From a virus (lineage: Duplodnaviria; Caudoviricetes): 64,000 nt of DNA. The notes beneath the pieces were generated by a model. The model was not told where the DNA came from and did no database searches. It was given only the letters and a program-made list of their open reading frames with translations. This document shows, one piece after another, positions 10,852 through 21,234 of the stretch; within the stretch, counting starts at the first letter, position 1; every line of letters starts with the position of its first letter. The position numbers and the translations under genes were made by a program. The DNA lies in the IMG/VR virus record IMGVR_UViG_3300049596_000679, positions 21,941 through 85,940 of that record. One strand, given 5' to 3'.

Positions 10852-11072
10852 TATATATTAATATTTTCTGTTATCACACATTCATTATCATCGATCACTT
10901 TAACCACAAAACTTGTTAATGAGGAAAAAATTGATGGAATCATAAAAGAATAAGGTAAATCTCCACTATTGATAGTTGATACATAAATACAAGTTGTGTA
11001 TCCTGTATCACATACGTAAATATCATAAGGTGATATTCCGGTAATAGAAGAGATTGTGATATTTGTATCCAT
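10851..11072 (-). CDS. Small single SprB-like repeat protein
   Basis: TGISPY...VKVIDDNEC; reverse-strand TATTTAT at 11091-11097. Confidence 0.5.
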   Translation of the reverse strand: MDTNITISSITGISPYDIYVCDTGYTTCIYVSTINSGDLPYSFMIPSIFSSLTSFVVKVIDDNECVITENINI

Positions 11073-11158
11073 ATATTTTTATTCTATTGTATAAATATAG
11101 TGGGAATGAAAAACTTGTGAAGTTGATTAAATGAAATAATTCGCCTATATTACTAAAG

Positions 11159-12058
11159 ATGGAAGAAAATGATGCTATTGTTGAATTATTGGAGGACCTT
11201 TTGGGTGACCACGGACTGCACTACCCCAATAAGGGTCAGATATCCTTCAATTGCCCCGTTTGTGATGATGATAGAAATAAACATAATTTAGAAATAAATT
11301 ACGTAAATAATGTTTATAAATGTTGGTCTTGTGGTGATGTGGATGGAACTCACGGATCTTTGGGAAAACTTTTTGATAAGTACGGAAACAAGAAATTAAA
11401 GAAACTATATAATGTCTTAAAACCTGAGACGGTACAACCAAGACAAAAAAGAACAAAAAAATTAACACTTCCTGAAGGGTTCACGTTATTTACGGAGTCA
11501 AGTCCGGTATACCCAGTAAGAAGACAAGCATATAATTATTTAAAAAGTAGGGGGATAACAGATGAAATCATTAAGAAATATAATATTGGCTTTTGCGATC
11601 GTGGTAGTCATACAGGTCGCATTATCGTCCCATCATACGATGGTAACGGAGAGTTAAATTATTATGTTGCCCGTAGTTGGGACACAAAAAGTAAATTTAA
11701 ATATAAAAACCCTGAGGCTGAGAAAGACAAGATCATCTTCAATGAAAGATTGATTGATTGGGATAAAGACATCTATTTGGTTGAGGGTGTTTTTGACGGG
11801 TTCTTCTTGGATAATTCAATTCCGATGTTAGGTAAACATATGTCGGAAATCCTATTTGAAAAAATATATATGAAATCCAAGGGGGATGTGATAATTGCTC
11901 TCGACGGTGATGCTTGGGATAACGCAATTAAACTATATCGTGAACTTAATGGGGGTGAATTATATGAACGAATTAAAATTGTTCATTTACCTATGGACCA
12001 AGATGTTTGTGACTTAAGAGGAAATATAAACGAATACTTCGTAAAATTAAAAGATTAA
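11159..12058 (+). CDS. dnaG: DNA primase (Zn finger plus TOPRIM)
   Basis: CPVC...CWSC zinc finger, YLKSRGI, RIIVP, KYKNP, LVEGVFD and ALDGDA. Confidence 0.88.
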   Translation: MEENDAIVELLEDLLGDHGLHYPNKGQISFNCPVCDDDRNKHNLEINYVNNVYKCWSCGDVDGTHGSLGKLFDKYGNKKLKKLYNVLKPETVQPRQKRTKKLTLPEGFTLFTESSPVYPVRRQAYNYLKSRGITDEIIKKYNIGFCDRGSHTGRIIVPSYDGNGELNYYVARSWDTKSKFKYKNPEAEKDKIIFNERLIDWDKDIYLVEGVFDGFFLDNSIPMLGKHMSEILFEKIYMKSKGDVIIALDGDAWDNAIKLYRELNGGELYERIKIVHLPMDQDVCDLRGNINEYFVKLKD

Positions 12059-12912
12059 TGGATTTAAAAAAAATATCTGAAGAGATCAGAGAAATCATAT
12101 CAGAAAAACAAAAAGAGTTTCAATTAACATTTGAGGAGGACGCTCATAAATATACCATGTTAGACATAAATGGTAAATTGAGGGATGACTTCCCTTCTGT
12201 TTCTAAATTGATGAAATATTTCTATACGGAATTTGATTCTGAAGGAATTTCATTTAGGAAGGCGAATGGCGATCCTTATGAACAACAACGATTGTTGGAG
12301 GAATGGGCTGCCGCTGGAACATATTCCACAAACATGGGTTCTCGTGTTCACTTCTTATTAGAAAAACATACATTAGAAGAATTTGGTATTGGTAAAGAAG
12401 TAAGACAACCAATTTATGAATGTGACGCAGAACAGATAGTAAAAGGTGATACGATGGTGATTGCGGGTAAACGATACATTGACTTAATTAAAGAACGTAA
12501 TTGTATTTTACTTGATACGGAGATGGTTTTAGGTCACCCTGAATTGGGATATACGGGCCAACCAGATAAGGTATGGTTAATTATTGGTACAAATGGTGAT
12601 CTTGGTATTTTGATTACAGATTGGAAGACAAACAAACCTAAAAACTTTGAAAAGAATAAGTTTACAAAACCAATGAAACGACCATTCGAGGATTTACCTG
12701 ATAATGCTCTTGGTCACTACAACACACAACTACCTTTTTATGGTAAGTTATTATTAAAGATGTTGGAAGGTACTAAATATGAGAATATCAAACTGATGGG
12801 TTGTATTGTTGTGTTATTAACGGAAGAAAGAGAATTTGTTGAACATAGAGTAGCAAAAAAAACTATTAACACAATTCTTGAAATGGATATGAAAAAGTAT
12901 TTGACAAAATAA
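12058..12912 (+). CDS. PD-(D/E)xK exonuclease
   Basis: GSRVH, TE, GQPD, ITDWKT and HYNTQLPFY motifs. Confidence 0.8.
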   Translation: MDLKKISEEIREIISEKQKEFQLTFEEDAHKYTMLDINGKLRDDFPSVSKLMKYFYTEFDSEGISFRKANGDPYEQQRLLEEWAAAGTYSTNMGSRVHFLLEKHTLEEFGIGKEVRQPIYECDAEQIVKGDTMVIAGKRYIDLIKERNCILLDTEMVLGHPELGYTGQPDKVWLIIGTNGDLGILITDWKTNKPKNFEKNKFTKPMKRPFEDLPDNALGHYNTQLPFYGKLLLKMLEGTKYENIKLMGCIVVLLTEEREFVEHRVAKKTINTILEMDMKKYLTK

Positions 12913-12934
12913 ATAAAATAAACTATATTATCGT

Positions 12935-13024
12935 ATGGAATCAACAATAACACCAATTTGGTACACCAACACTAGTTGGGACGACGGAACAATTAAAATA
13001 AACGTTAAATATATAATAAAATGA
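12935..13024 (+). CDS. Small hypothetical protein (29 aa; not in the ORF track)
   Basis: ATG just after TTGACA-N17-TATATT (12901-12929); its stop overlaps the next ATG. Confidence 0.4.
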   Translation: MESTITPIWYTNTSWDDGTIKINVKYIIK

Positions 13025-13239
13025 GTGATGACAATATCATAAGACCTAAGATTAATCTTAGACAACAACCAACTATCATTTGTGGAGAATGTAGTTCAAA
13101 GTTTTTTAAAGAAGTAACTATGTTGAAGAAAGTGCCTAAATTATTAACAGGAAGTTCGGAAGATACAATTGTACCTTTCCCAACTTATATGTGTAATAGT
13201 TGTGGGTTCGTAAATGAAGAATTCTTAGTTTTTGAATAA
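13021..13239 (+). CDS. Zn-ribbon protein
   Basis: CGEC and CNSC pairs. Confidence 0.65.
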   Translation: MSDDNIIRPKINLRQQPTIICGECSSKFFKEVTMLKKVPKLLTGSSEDTIVPFPTYMCNSCGFVNEEFLVFE

Positions 13240-13385
13240 TGGAAATCGGTAAAATGACATTAAGTGAGGCATACCCACACCTTAGAAGTGTGGCTTTGTC
13301 TTATGGGTTAAAATTAAACAGAGTTAAGGATCTTAAATTTGCAAGGCTTATTTTGGCAAACCTTTATAGTAGAGAATTATGTTAA
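13239..13385 (+). CDS. Hypothetical protein (48 aa; not in the ORF track)
   Basis: MEIGKMTLSEAYPH... fills the gap and overlaps both neighbours. Confidence 0.55.
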   Translation: MEIGKMTLSEAYPHLRSVALSYGLKLNRVKDLKFARLILANLYSRELC

Positions 13386-13627
13386 CATACAAAGAATTTT
13401 ATATTTGGTTAGAGGGTTTTATGACCAATAGAGATTGGACGACGATCAAACAGGTTGATATTGAAACTATCCAAGGCAAGATGAAAGAAGTGAAAGAAGA
13501 AAATAAATTTGGAATTGCCGAACCTTATATGGTACCAATACCTGTTAACCCACTTATAAAAATTGGGGATGTCCCGCCACCACCTTGGGATATAACTTTT
13601 AAAATAAAAGAACAATTAAATGATTAA
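13379..13627 (+). CDS. Hypothetical phage protein
   Basis: EFYIWLEGF N-terminal motif; operonic spacing. Confidence 0.55.
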   Translation: MLTYKEFYIWLEGFMTNRDWTTIKQVDIETIQGKMKEVKEENKFGIAEPYMVPIPVNPLIKIGDVPPPPWDITFKIKEQLND

Positions 13628-13630
13628 ATT

Positions 13631-13870
13631 ATGAAAAACTTATTATCTATTATATGTTTATTATTTATTATGACTTCATGTAAGACAAAATCTAATTGCG
13701 ACGCTTACTCACAATTTTTAAAAAGACAAACGGACTCTCTTGAAACCCAAATTAAAAGTAAAAAAGATTCTATTAATCTATTAAACAATTATATAGTTTT
13801 CTTAGAAAATGAAACACAATTTTTAGGTAGTGTTCTTGCGGAGAAAGAATTTGAAGATGGTATTGAATAA
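13631..13870 (+). CDS. Putative lipoprotein with coiled coil
   Basis: MKN, hydrophobic stretch, then MTSC lipobox. Confidence 0.55.
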   Translation: MKNLLSIICLLFIMTSCKTKSNCDAYSQFLKRQTDSLETQIKSKKDSINLLNNYIVFLENETQFLGSVLAEKEFEDGIE

Positions 13871-13900
13871 CAAATAAATTAAACAAACAAATAATTAAAA

Positions 13901-14158
13901 ATGAAAAAAAGAACACTCAACGAACTAAGACAAGAAAAAGAATATGGGTATAGGGCACCATTAACAAATACGGAAATTAATGAGATGTCAATAACTCAAC
14001 AAATTAAAATCGCATTAGAAAACTCCAACTTAAATGTTGTTGTTACACCGATTATGTTTGACCCTAAAGAATTTATACCAGTACTGGGTGTGTTAGTAAA
14101 AAACGAAGATTCAAGTTATACTAGAAAATATACAATAACGGTTAAACCAAACAATTAA
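13901..14158 (+). CDS. Hypothetical protein
   Basis: ORF with an A-rich leader in an operon. Confidence 0.55.
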   Translation: MKKRTLNELRQEKEYGYRAPLTNTEINEMSITQQIKIALENSNLNVVVTPIMFDPKEFIPVLGVLVKNEDSSYTRKYTITVKPNN

Positions 14159-14161
14159 ATA

Positions 14162-14536
14162 ATGAAATCAAGTATAATATTAGTCATCTTTTTGTTTTTC
14201 ATTAAATTCACATCTGTATCACAGATAATAGGAACAACATATAAGCTTGATAGTATAGAAATTGCACAATTTGATCTACCGACAGAGTTGACATGGTATA
14301 ACGCTAAAAGGGAGTGTAAAGAATTAGGTAAAGGTTGGAGACTACCGACTAAAGACGAATTAGACAAAATGTATGAGAATAAGGACCTTATAGGTAATTT
14401 TGTTAACACTAATTATTGGAGTTCTACCGATCATAATTCTGATTACGCTTGGATGCAAGTGTTTACACACAAACTTATAGCAATAACCTTAAAAGAAGGA
14501 CATATTAACGCTAGGGCAGTCAAAACAATAAAATAA
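14162..14536 (+). CDS. DUF1566 (Lcl C-terminal)-like secreted protein
   Basis: Signal peptide, TWYNAKREC, GWRLPTKDEL and YWSST. Confidence 0.75.
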   Translation: MKSSIILVIFLFFIKFTSVSQIIGTTYKLDSIEIAQFDLPTELTWYNAKRECKELGKGWRLPTKDELDKMYENKDLIGNFVNTNYWSSTDHNSDYAWMQVFTHKLIAITLKEGHINARAVKTIK

Positions 14537-14549
14537 TAAAATAATAAAA

Positions 14550-15170
14550 ATGACTAATTTAAAAAAAGTATTTACTGAAATATACGAAAGTAATTCTTGG
14601 ACTAGTTCCGAAAGTAGGTCAGGACTTGGTTCTGAATTGATTAGCACTGAAACAATACGAAAAGAACTACCAGAAGTATTTAAAAAATTCAACATTAAAA
14701 GTGTTTTGGATATACCATGTGGGGATTTTAATTGGATGAATAATGTTGACTTAAAAGAGGTCCATTATATTGGTGCTGATATTGTGGAAAATATGATTGA
14801 GGACAACAAAAATAATTTTAAAGATTATGAATTTAAAGTTTTAGATATAACTGAAGACGATCTACCCGAAGTAGATTTAATTTTTGCTAGAGACATTTTA
14901 GGTCATTTTGATTATGAAAATATTGAAAAAACAATAAAAAACATAATTCGTAGTGGCAGTAAATATTTGTTAACAACTTCTTTTACAAAATGGGAATATA
15001 ATGTAGACATAAAAAATGGTGATTGGAGACCAATAAATTTAATGTTAAAACCATTTTTATTTAAACCAATTTATCTAATTAATGAAAATTGTTTTGAAGG
15101 AGATTTTCAATATAATGACAAATGTCTTATATTATTTGACTTAAATAAACTTTATTGTGGATTAAAATAA
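14550..15170 (+). CDS. Class I SAM-dependent methyltransferase
   Basis: SGLGS, VLDIPCGDFNW, YIGADIV and DLIFARD. Confidence 0.8.
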   Translation: MTNLKKVFTEIYESNSWTSSESRSGLGSELISTETIRKELPEVFKKFNIKSVLDIPCGDFNWMNNVDLKEVHYIGADIVENMIEDNKNNFKDYEFKVLDITEDDLPEVDLIFARDILGHFDYENIEKTIKNIIRSGSKYLLTTSFTKWEYNVDIKNGDWRPINLMLKPFLFKPIYLINENCFEGDFQYNDKCLILFDLNKLYCGLK

Positions 15171-15177
15171 TTAAAAT

Positions 15178-15363
15178 ATGAAAAGATACCCCGCATTATT
15201 CATTAAATGGTTAGCGAACCGTTTTGGATACAAAATTACATTAGTGAAATCAGGAAAAGGAACAACTAGGGTTGAAGGAGACATGGAGTTACTTCGTTAT
15301 TTAGATATCTCAGGATACTTTTTTAAAAAAGAACCATTTGATAGATTAAAAAATGGTAAATAA
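15178..15363 (+). CDS. Hypothetical protein
   Basis: Operonic ORF. Confidence 0.5.
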   Translation: MKRYPALFIKWLANRFGYKITLVKSGKGTTRVEGDMELLRYLDISGYFFKKEPFDRLKNGK

Positions 15364-16132
15364 CTTAGTTCACTTTTCTGATTTACATATCAGATTATAT
15401 AAGGATCACGATTTATACCGTTCAATATTAGAAACGGCAATTGAACAATGGAAAGAATTGTCTCCTGACCGTATTATATTTACGGGTGATTTAGTTCATT
15501 CTAAAAACCAAATGACACCTGAACTTATTGAGTTTGTTGCTTGGATTTTAACTGAATGTTCATCAATTGCTAAAACAATTATTATACCAGGTAATCACGA
15601 TTTTTTGGTAAACAATACTGAAAGATTGGACGCACTTACACCAATTATTAATTCTTTGAATAATGATAATATTGTCTACTATCGAGATAGAGGTGTTTAT
15701 GAGGATGATAACATTAGTTGGTGTGTTTATTCACAATACCAAGGAAATATTCCTCCTGATATTATTGAAGGTAAGGGTAGAAAAATTGGGTTATTTCACG
15801 GACCTATTTCAGGTTTAAAAACAGATCTTGGATTTGAGTTTGGTGAAGAGGCGTATGATATTGAAAAGTTTGATGGGTTAGAAACCGTTTTATGTGGTGA
15901 CATTCATAAACGAGCTGAGTTCCAAATTAAAGGAGGTAAAGGTTATATGATTGGATCAACCATTCAAAACAACATTGGAGAAAGTATAGGTAGACATGGA
16001 TATGGTATATATGATGTTGAAACAAAGGAGTATAATTATACTGATTTACCTAATCCAAAACCATTTTTGAAGTTCTCCATTAAATCATTTGAAGATATTG
16101 AGAATGGAACAGAAAGACTCCAAAATATTTAA
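15353..16132 (+). CDS. sbcD: SbcD/Mre11 (gp47-like) nuclease subunit
   Basis: SDLH, TGDLVH, GNHD, FHG and GDIH metallophosphoesterase motifs; SbcC lies nearby. Confidence 0.85.
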   Translation: MVNNLVHFSDLHIRLYKDHDLYRSILETAIEQWKELSPDRIIFTGDLVHSKNQMTPELIEFVAWILTECSSIAKTIIIPGNHDFLVNNTERLDALTPIINSLNNDNIVYYRDRGVYEDDNISWCVYSQYQGNIPPDIIEGKGRKIGLFHGPISGLKTDLGFEFGEEAYDIEKFDGLETVLCGDIHKRAEFQIKGGKGYMIGSTIQNNIGESIGRHGYGIYDVETKEYNYTDLPNPKPFLKFSIKSFEDIENGTERLQNI

Positions 16133-16760
16133 TAAAGAAACTCTCGGCAGCGTTGAGAGTTTTTGTGAACTCAATAATATTGAGGATAAGGAAGATTTCA
16201 TCTACCTTTGTTTCAAACAAGGTTTTGACATTAAGAAGTTTGGTCTTTTGGGAGAAACACTTAATGAAGGTGAAAAACACTTAAAAACGGGTGGGATTGA
16301 AGAAAAACGGGTGGAAATTGAGGTAATACGAGAAATACGGGTGGAAGTTCCTGTTGAAATAGTGGTTGAGAAAATAATCTATACCACTGACGATATTCAA
16401 ATAAACGAACTTGGCGAAAAAATTGCCGAGTTGGAACAAGAAATTTCCACTAAAACTACCGAAATCGGTACAATTAGAGAAGAATTTTCCACTAAAACGA
16501 CAGAAATGGAAAATATTTTCCAAAATATAATGTCTAAAAAGGATTTAGAGTTAAACGAACTTAGACAAAAATTAGACGAACCTGTAACAAATAATAAGTT
16601 AAATATGTTACAAGATACTTTACAGAATTTAAGAAATGACTTATCATTGAAGAACGATAAAATAAATGAATTAGAAAAAATAAACCAGGAACTACAAAAA
16701 ACGGCAAATTTACAAAACGCCATTTATATGAAAGGTTCCAATTTAAATAGTAGAATATGA
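16089..16760 (+). CDS. Coiled-coil protein with EVPVE-type repeat
   Basis: EIRVEVPVEIVVEKI followed by a long heptad region. Confidence 0.6.
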   Translation: MKILRMEQKDSKIFNKETLGSVESFCELNNIEDKEDFIYLCFKQGFDIKKFGLLGETLNEGEKHLKTGGIEEKRVEIEVIREIRVEVPVEIVVEKIIYTTDDIQINELGEKIAELEQEISTKTTEIGTIREEFSTKTTEMENIFQNIMSKKDLELNELRQKLDEPVTNNKLNMLQDTLQNLRNDLSLKNDKINELEKINQELQKTANLQNAIYMKGSNLNSRI

Positions 16761-17110
16761 TACAATTAGTAATGTTTATGATCGCGGCATATGGAATGAC
16801 GACGATCTTAGTGTATGGGTCCATTTTCAATGGGGTAAGAAATAAAATTATAAAAGCGGGCGGAGATGAAGGTTATTTTTTAACTAGACCCACATTTAAA
16901 TTCATATCAGATTTGATATCTTGTATTTTATGTACGGGTACTTGGGTTGGATTTTTCTTATCCTTATTTTATTTTTCACCGACCTATGAATTCATTGGAC
17001 TTAATAAGTTTTTATCCGTATTTTTTGATGGAATGTTGTCCGCAGGATCGGTATGGGCAATCAATAGTATAATTGAATGGTTTGAAGAAAATAGACCAAG
17101 TAATAAATAA
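16757..17110 (+). CDS. DUF1360-like membrane protein
   Basis: LISCILCTGTWVG motif and hydrophobic helices. Confidence 0.6.
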   Translation: MIQLVMFMIAAYGMTTILVYGSIFNGVRNKIIKAGGDEGYFLTRPTFKFISDLISCILCTGTWVGFFLSLFYFSPTYEFIGLNKFLSVFFDGMLSAGSVWAINSIIEWFEENRPSNK

Positions 17111-17125
17111 AAACAAATATAAAAA

Positions 17126-17464
17126 ATGGGAAAAAAGGACAAAGAACACAGAGCAAAAGTTGCAAAAAGAAACAAACGTATAAACCAAGAAAAATCAGGA
17201 ATGCAAAAAGCTTTTGATAAATTAATGGAAGAACAAATTCAAAAATTGAAAACCAATGAAGGTTTAAATGTTGATTTGTCTGGTAGTACAATACCATTTG
17301 AAGTTTTTGATAAAGATCAATTAGATTCAATTGTGGACTTTAAAGAAAAACACCCCGAATTAATCATGGGTAATGACGAGGAATTAAGAGAAGAATCCCC
17401 ACTTAACATTGAAGGAGATGATATGCCTTTAGATGTTGACACAACAGAAGAAGAACAAAAATAA
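17126..17464 (+). CDS. Hypothetical protein (basic N-terminus, acidic C-terminus)
   Basis: ORF; MGKKDKEHRAKVAKRN. Confidence 0.6.
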   Translation: MGKKDKEHRAKVAKRNKRINQEKSGMQKAFDKLMEEQIQKLKTNEGLNVDLSGSTIPFEVFDKDQLDSIVDFKEKHPELIMGNDEELREESPLNIEGDDMPLDVDTTEEEQK

Positions 17465-17467
17465 TGA

Positions 17468-19840
17468 ATGGACTTGTTCAACCCACCAAGATTATTTAAT
17501 TACAATATAATGATAAAAGATTTAGACTTTTCAAAGTACGAAAATCCTACAATACAAGTTGTATGGGAAGACCTACAAGAAAATTTCACACAAGATAAGA
17601 TTAAGAGTGTTAAACATTATTTCCAAAAGAAATATAACACTACCAATGTTAATGTATTAACAAAGGTTAAAAACGTTGAGACAGATACAATGCAAAGTAT
17701 TGATGTGTCTGTTAATGTAACTGATGTTAATTATCAACTTGATCTACTAAAGAAATTTTTAGAGTCTAAAGGGTACACTAACTATACTGAAGATATTTTA
17801 GGTATCAACAGAATGGTTGAGAACCGAATGAAAGAGGATGAGACTGAAACAACACAATTCAAAAAGTGGTATATCAGAAACATTGAGTTTTCAAACTTCT
17901 TATCATATGGTGAGAATCAAAGAATAGATTTTGATAAATGCAACGGGGTTGTCGTTGTTGAATCAGATCCACCTAACTTTGGTGGGAAGACCGTTCTTTC
18001 TGTGGATTTGTTGTTGTTCTTATTCTTTAATGAGACAACAAAGACTACAAAGGCTGAAGAAATCTTTAACCGATTTACCGATAAAGACTCGGTAGTTGTT
18101 AAAGGTGAAGTTACAATTGATGGGGAAGATTATATTATCCTTAGAAAGATTGAAAGAAAACTTTCTAAAAAAGGAGAATGGAATGTGAAAACAGAATTGG
18201 ACTTCTTTAAAAAAATGGCCGATGGTAGTTTACTGAATTTCACGGGGGAACAAAGAAGGGAAACTGAGTCGTTCATTAAAAATTCCATTGGAACCAAAGA
18301 AGATTTCTTAATGACCATACTTACAACCGCAACCAATCTTGAGGAGTTATTGGAGTCAAAACCAACCGCAAGAGGACAGGTGTTGTCAAGATTTATGGGG
18401 CTTGAGTTTTTAAAACGGAAAGAGGAAGTTGGTAAAGAGATTTATTCTGAATTTAATAAATCAAAGATGTCGAACATTTATAATTCGGAAGAATTAAAAG
18501 GTGATAACGAATCTTTAACAACAAAAATCGGTGAATTAAATGATCAAATTGATTTGATCAAATTGGAACTTAACGATATTGATGATAAAATCGTTAAGGG
18601 AAAAGAGTATCGTGATGATATGTTGAAGAAGAAACACGGAGACATTGATAAGGAAATCAGTTTGATGAACCCGGTTAAAACTCAAGAAGAAATCGATGGT
18701 TTTGAAAGAGAAAAGACAACGTTCAAACAAAAGTTAGACGAACTTAAAGTTGTTGAACCAAAAGAGTTTTATCATGAGGATGATCACGATAAAATTAAAG
18801 AGGAATACAATGGTGTGTTCAAATCTAAAATTGAACTTGAAACACAGATCAGAGAAATTGAGAAATTAAAGAGTTCTGTGAGTGATGGTATTAAATGTGA
18901 ACATTGTGGAATTGAGTTAATGAACGCATCAATAACCCAACAAAAAATTGCCGAACTTGATGGTTATATCATGCATAAAGACCAAAAAGAGGGGTTAATG
19001 CAGGTTTTATCAGGCAAAGAACAAGCTTTCGTTCAGTTAAAGAAAGACTTTGATGAGTATGAGAAAAACAAACTTATTAAAGAGAAATATGAGTTGAGTA
19101 TTGAAAGTTGTGATTTAAAGATTGGAGTTTTAAAAGGTAAGTTGGATCGTTGGGGTGATGTTCAGGATAAGATCAAAGAGAATACTCAGATCGATTCAAT
19201 GTTGATTAAGGCTGACTTAAGGTTGGATGAACTTGATCATCTTAAAAGACAAAAAAACACAAACATTACAAACAATGAATACCAAATCAAAACTTGTAAT
19301 GAAAAGATTGATAACAATAAAAAGTTAATTGTTAAGATTAAAGAGGAAGAGGAGAGGGAAAGAATTTACAAAATCTATATGGAAGCCTTTGGTAAAAATG
19401 GATTGTCAAAAATCATTATGAAAACAATGATGCCTTTGATTAACTCTGAGTTACAAAGATTGATGGAAGATAGTTGTTACTTCAAATTGGAAATTAGAAT
19501 TAACGATAAGAATGAAGTTGAATTCTTGATGATTGATAATAGTACTGGTATTGAAAAATTAATGGTTTCAGGGTCAGGATATGAAAGAACAATCGCATCA
19601 TTAGCATTACGATCGGTACTTAGTAAGGTATGTACTTTGCCAAAACCAAATATTGTAGTTTTTGATGAGGTATTTGGGAAAATCAGTAATGATAACCTTG
19701 AAATGATATCTGAGTTCTTCCAAAAAATTAAAGAATATTTTGATAAAGTGTTCCTTATAAGTCACAACCCTCTAATTTCAAATTGGTCGGATACTATTGT
19801 TAAAATCAAAAAAGAAAATAATATATCAAAAGTTTTGTAG
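17468..19840 (+). CDS. sbcC: SbcC/Rad50 (gp46-like) ABC ATPase
   Basis: NFLSYG, Walker A NFGGKT, CEHC zinc hook within the coiled coil, Walker B VVFDEVFG and ISH. Confidence 0.88.
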   Translation: MDLFNPPRLFNYNIMIKDLDFSKYENPTIQVVWEDLQENFTQDKIKSVKHYFQKKYNTTNVNVLTKVKNVETDTMQSIDVSVNVTDVNYQLDLLKKFLESKGYTNYTEDILGINRMVENRMKEDETETTQFKKWYIRNIEFSNFLSYGENQRIDFDKCNGVVVVESDPPNFGGKTVLSVDLLLFLFFNETTKTTKAEEIFNRFTDKDSVVVKGEVTIDGEDYIILRKIERKLSKKGEWNVKTELDFFKKMADGSLLNFTGEQRRETESFIKNSIGTKEDFLMTILTTATNLEELLESKPTARGQVLSRFMGLEFLKRKEEVGKEIYSEFNKSKMSNIYNSEELKGDNESLTTKIGELNDQIDLIKLELNDIDDKIVKGKEYRDDMLKKKHGDIDKEISLMNPVKTQEEIDGFEREKTTFKQKLDELKVVEPKEFYHEDDHDKIKEEYNGVFKSKIELETQIREIEKLKSSVSDGIKCEHCGIELMNASITQQKIAELDGYIMHKDQKEGLMQVLSGKEQAFVQLKKDFDEYEKNKLIKEKYELSIESCDLKIGVLKGKLDRWGDVQDKIKENTQIDSMLIKADLRLDELDHLKRQKNTNITNNEYQIKTCNEKIDNNKKLIVKIKEEEERERIYKIYMEAFGKNGLSKIIMKTMMPLINSELQRLMEDSCYFKLEIRINDKNEVEFLMIDNSTGIEKLMVSGSGYERTIASLALRSVLSKVCTLPKPNIVVFDEVFGKISNDNLEMISEFFQKIKEYFDKVFLISHNPLISNWSDTIVKIKKENNISKVL

Positions 19841-19866
19841 TTAATTAGATTTTATTCGTATATTTG
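19834..19866 (+). promoter_or_regulatory. Bacteroidota-type promoter (TTTG-N21-TATATTTG)
   Basis: Matches the -33 TTTG / -7 TAnnTTTG consensus; lies upstream of ORF 19889 and the sigma factor. Confidence 0.65.
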
Positions 19867-19888
19867 TAAAACAATTAAAAACACACAT

Positions 19889-20413
19889 ATGAATTACTTA
19901 CTTTTTGTATACCACAATGAAGATATAACAAACCCTGACGAAACAACTGCAAACATTGGGGCTGAGTTATCAAAAATTATGTCATCAAATCAAATTAAAT
20001 ATATGTTTGGTGATAAACACTCAATTTATCATTTCGCAAGTGATTTCTCTGTTGATGAGATTGATGATTTTTTATGTTTAGTTTCTAATGAATTTGAAAA
20101 CTTTAATTATTTCTTAACTCAAAAAACTAAAAATGTCAAATCTAATTTTGATCAAGACAACTTATTACATTTACTTACGTTAAGGAATACCAATAGTAGA
20201 AAACAAACTCCACCTAAAAAGTTTGAATTTAAAATGGATCTTGGTAGTAATGAGGAGTTTGCTCGTATGGCAGAAACTATTATGGGTTTGGTACCTAAAA
20301 AAAGATGTGATTTAACACTGGATGAACTTTTAGATAAGATCAGCGATCAAGGTCTCAATTCACTGACTGAAGAAGAAAAAAATAAATTAGACGAATATTC
20401 AAAAAACTATTAA
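19889..20413 (+). CDS. Hypothetical protein with C-terminal DUF6576-like helix pair
   Basis: LDELLDKISDQGLNSLTEEEKNKL. Confidence 0.6.
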   Translation: MNYLLFVYHNEDITNPDETTANIGAELSKIMSSNQIKYMFGDKHSIYHFASDFSVDEIDDFLCLVSNEFENFNYFLTQKTKNVKSNFDQDNLLHLLTLRNTNSRKQTPPKKFEFKMDLGSNEEFARMAETIMGLVPKKRCDLTLDELLDKISDQGLNSLTEEEKNKLDEYSKNY

Positions 20414-20421
20414 TTAAATAT

Positions 20422-21222
20422 ATGAAAGACAAAAACCTAGGGATTCCGATTAACCAAGAAGAGATTCAACACTATCTAAAAGATATTCGTAGAATTAAAG
20501 TAATGACACCTGAGAGAGAAAAAGAACTGGCGGTTAAGATGAAGTCTGATGACACACCTAAACGTGAGAGAGAAAAAATTGAATCTGAGTTATTAGTTGG
20601 TAATTTACGTTTTGTAATTACGGTGGCTAAACAATATCAAAATCAAGGTTTGGATCTATCTGATTTGATTGCTGAAGGTAACTTGGGTTTGATGAAAGCG
20701 ATTAAAAACTTTGATTGGCATAAAGATCTACGTTTTATATCATACGCAGTTTGGTGGGTTAAACAATCTATAATCCAATCGTTGAATGATAACGCAAGAA
20801 CAATCAGACTTCCAGTTAATGTCGTTCAGGACCTACATAAGGCTAAAAAAGAAATTGCAATTACAGGTAAAGAATTAGAATTAAAGTTTTCATCATTACC
20901 ATCTATGATTGATTTGGATATGACAATAAATGATGAAGGCGATACATTGGTTGATATGATTGCTAATCCTAACGCACTTGCTCCTGATGCAGGGTTCAAC
21001 ACTAAAGATATGTTAAAGAACAAATTAATATCTTTATTGAATGTATTAGATGACAGAGAGAAAGTGATCATTGAGGATTACTTCGGATTAAGTGGGACAC
21101 CAAGAACACTTGAAGACATTGGTGGGGACTTTGGTTTAACTAAAGAACGAGTTAGACAGATTAAGGAAAGAGCCCTTAGAAGGTTAAGAAATGAAAGTTC
21201 AGAATTATTTGATTACTTATAA
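20422..21222 (+). CDS. Phage-encoded sigma70-family (RpoD/SigA-like) factor
   Basis: YLKDI (region 1.2), NLRFVITVAKQY, DLIAEGNLGLMKA, RFISYAVWW, and region 4 HTH TLEDIG...TKERVRQI. Confidence 0.92.
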   Translation: MKDKNLGIPINQEEIQHYLKDIRRIKVMTPEREKELAVKMKSDDTPKREREKIESELLVGNLRFVITVAKQYQNQGLDLSDLIAEGNLGLMKAIKNFDWHKDLRFISYAVWWVKQSIIQSLNDNARTIRLPVNVVQDLHKAKKEIAITGKELELKFSSLPSMIDLDMTINDEGDTLVDMIANPNALAPDAGFNTKDMLKNKLISLLNVLDDREKVIIEDYFGLSGTPRTLEDIGGDFGLTKERVRQIKERALRRLRNESSELFDYL

Positions 21223-21234
21223 AAAATAAAAAAC

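Noticed and set aside
12058-12912. Cas4
   Set aside because: Lacks the four-Cys Fe-S pattern; a generic PD-(D/E)xK nuclease next to the primase.
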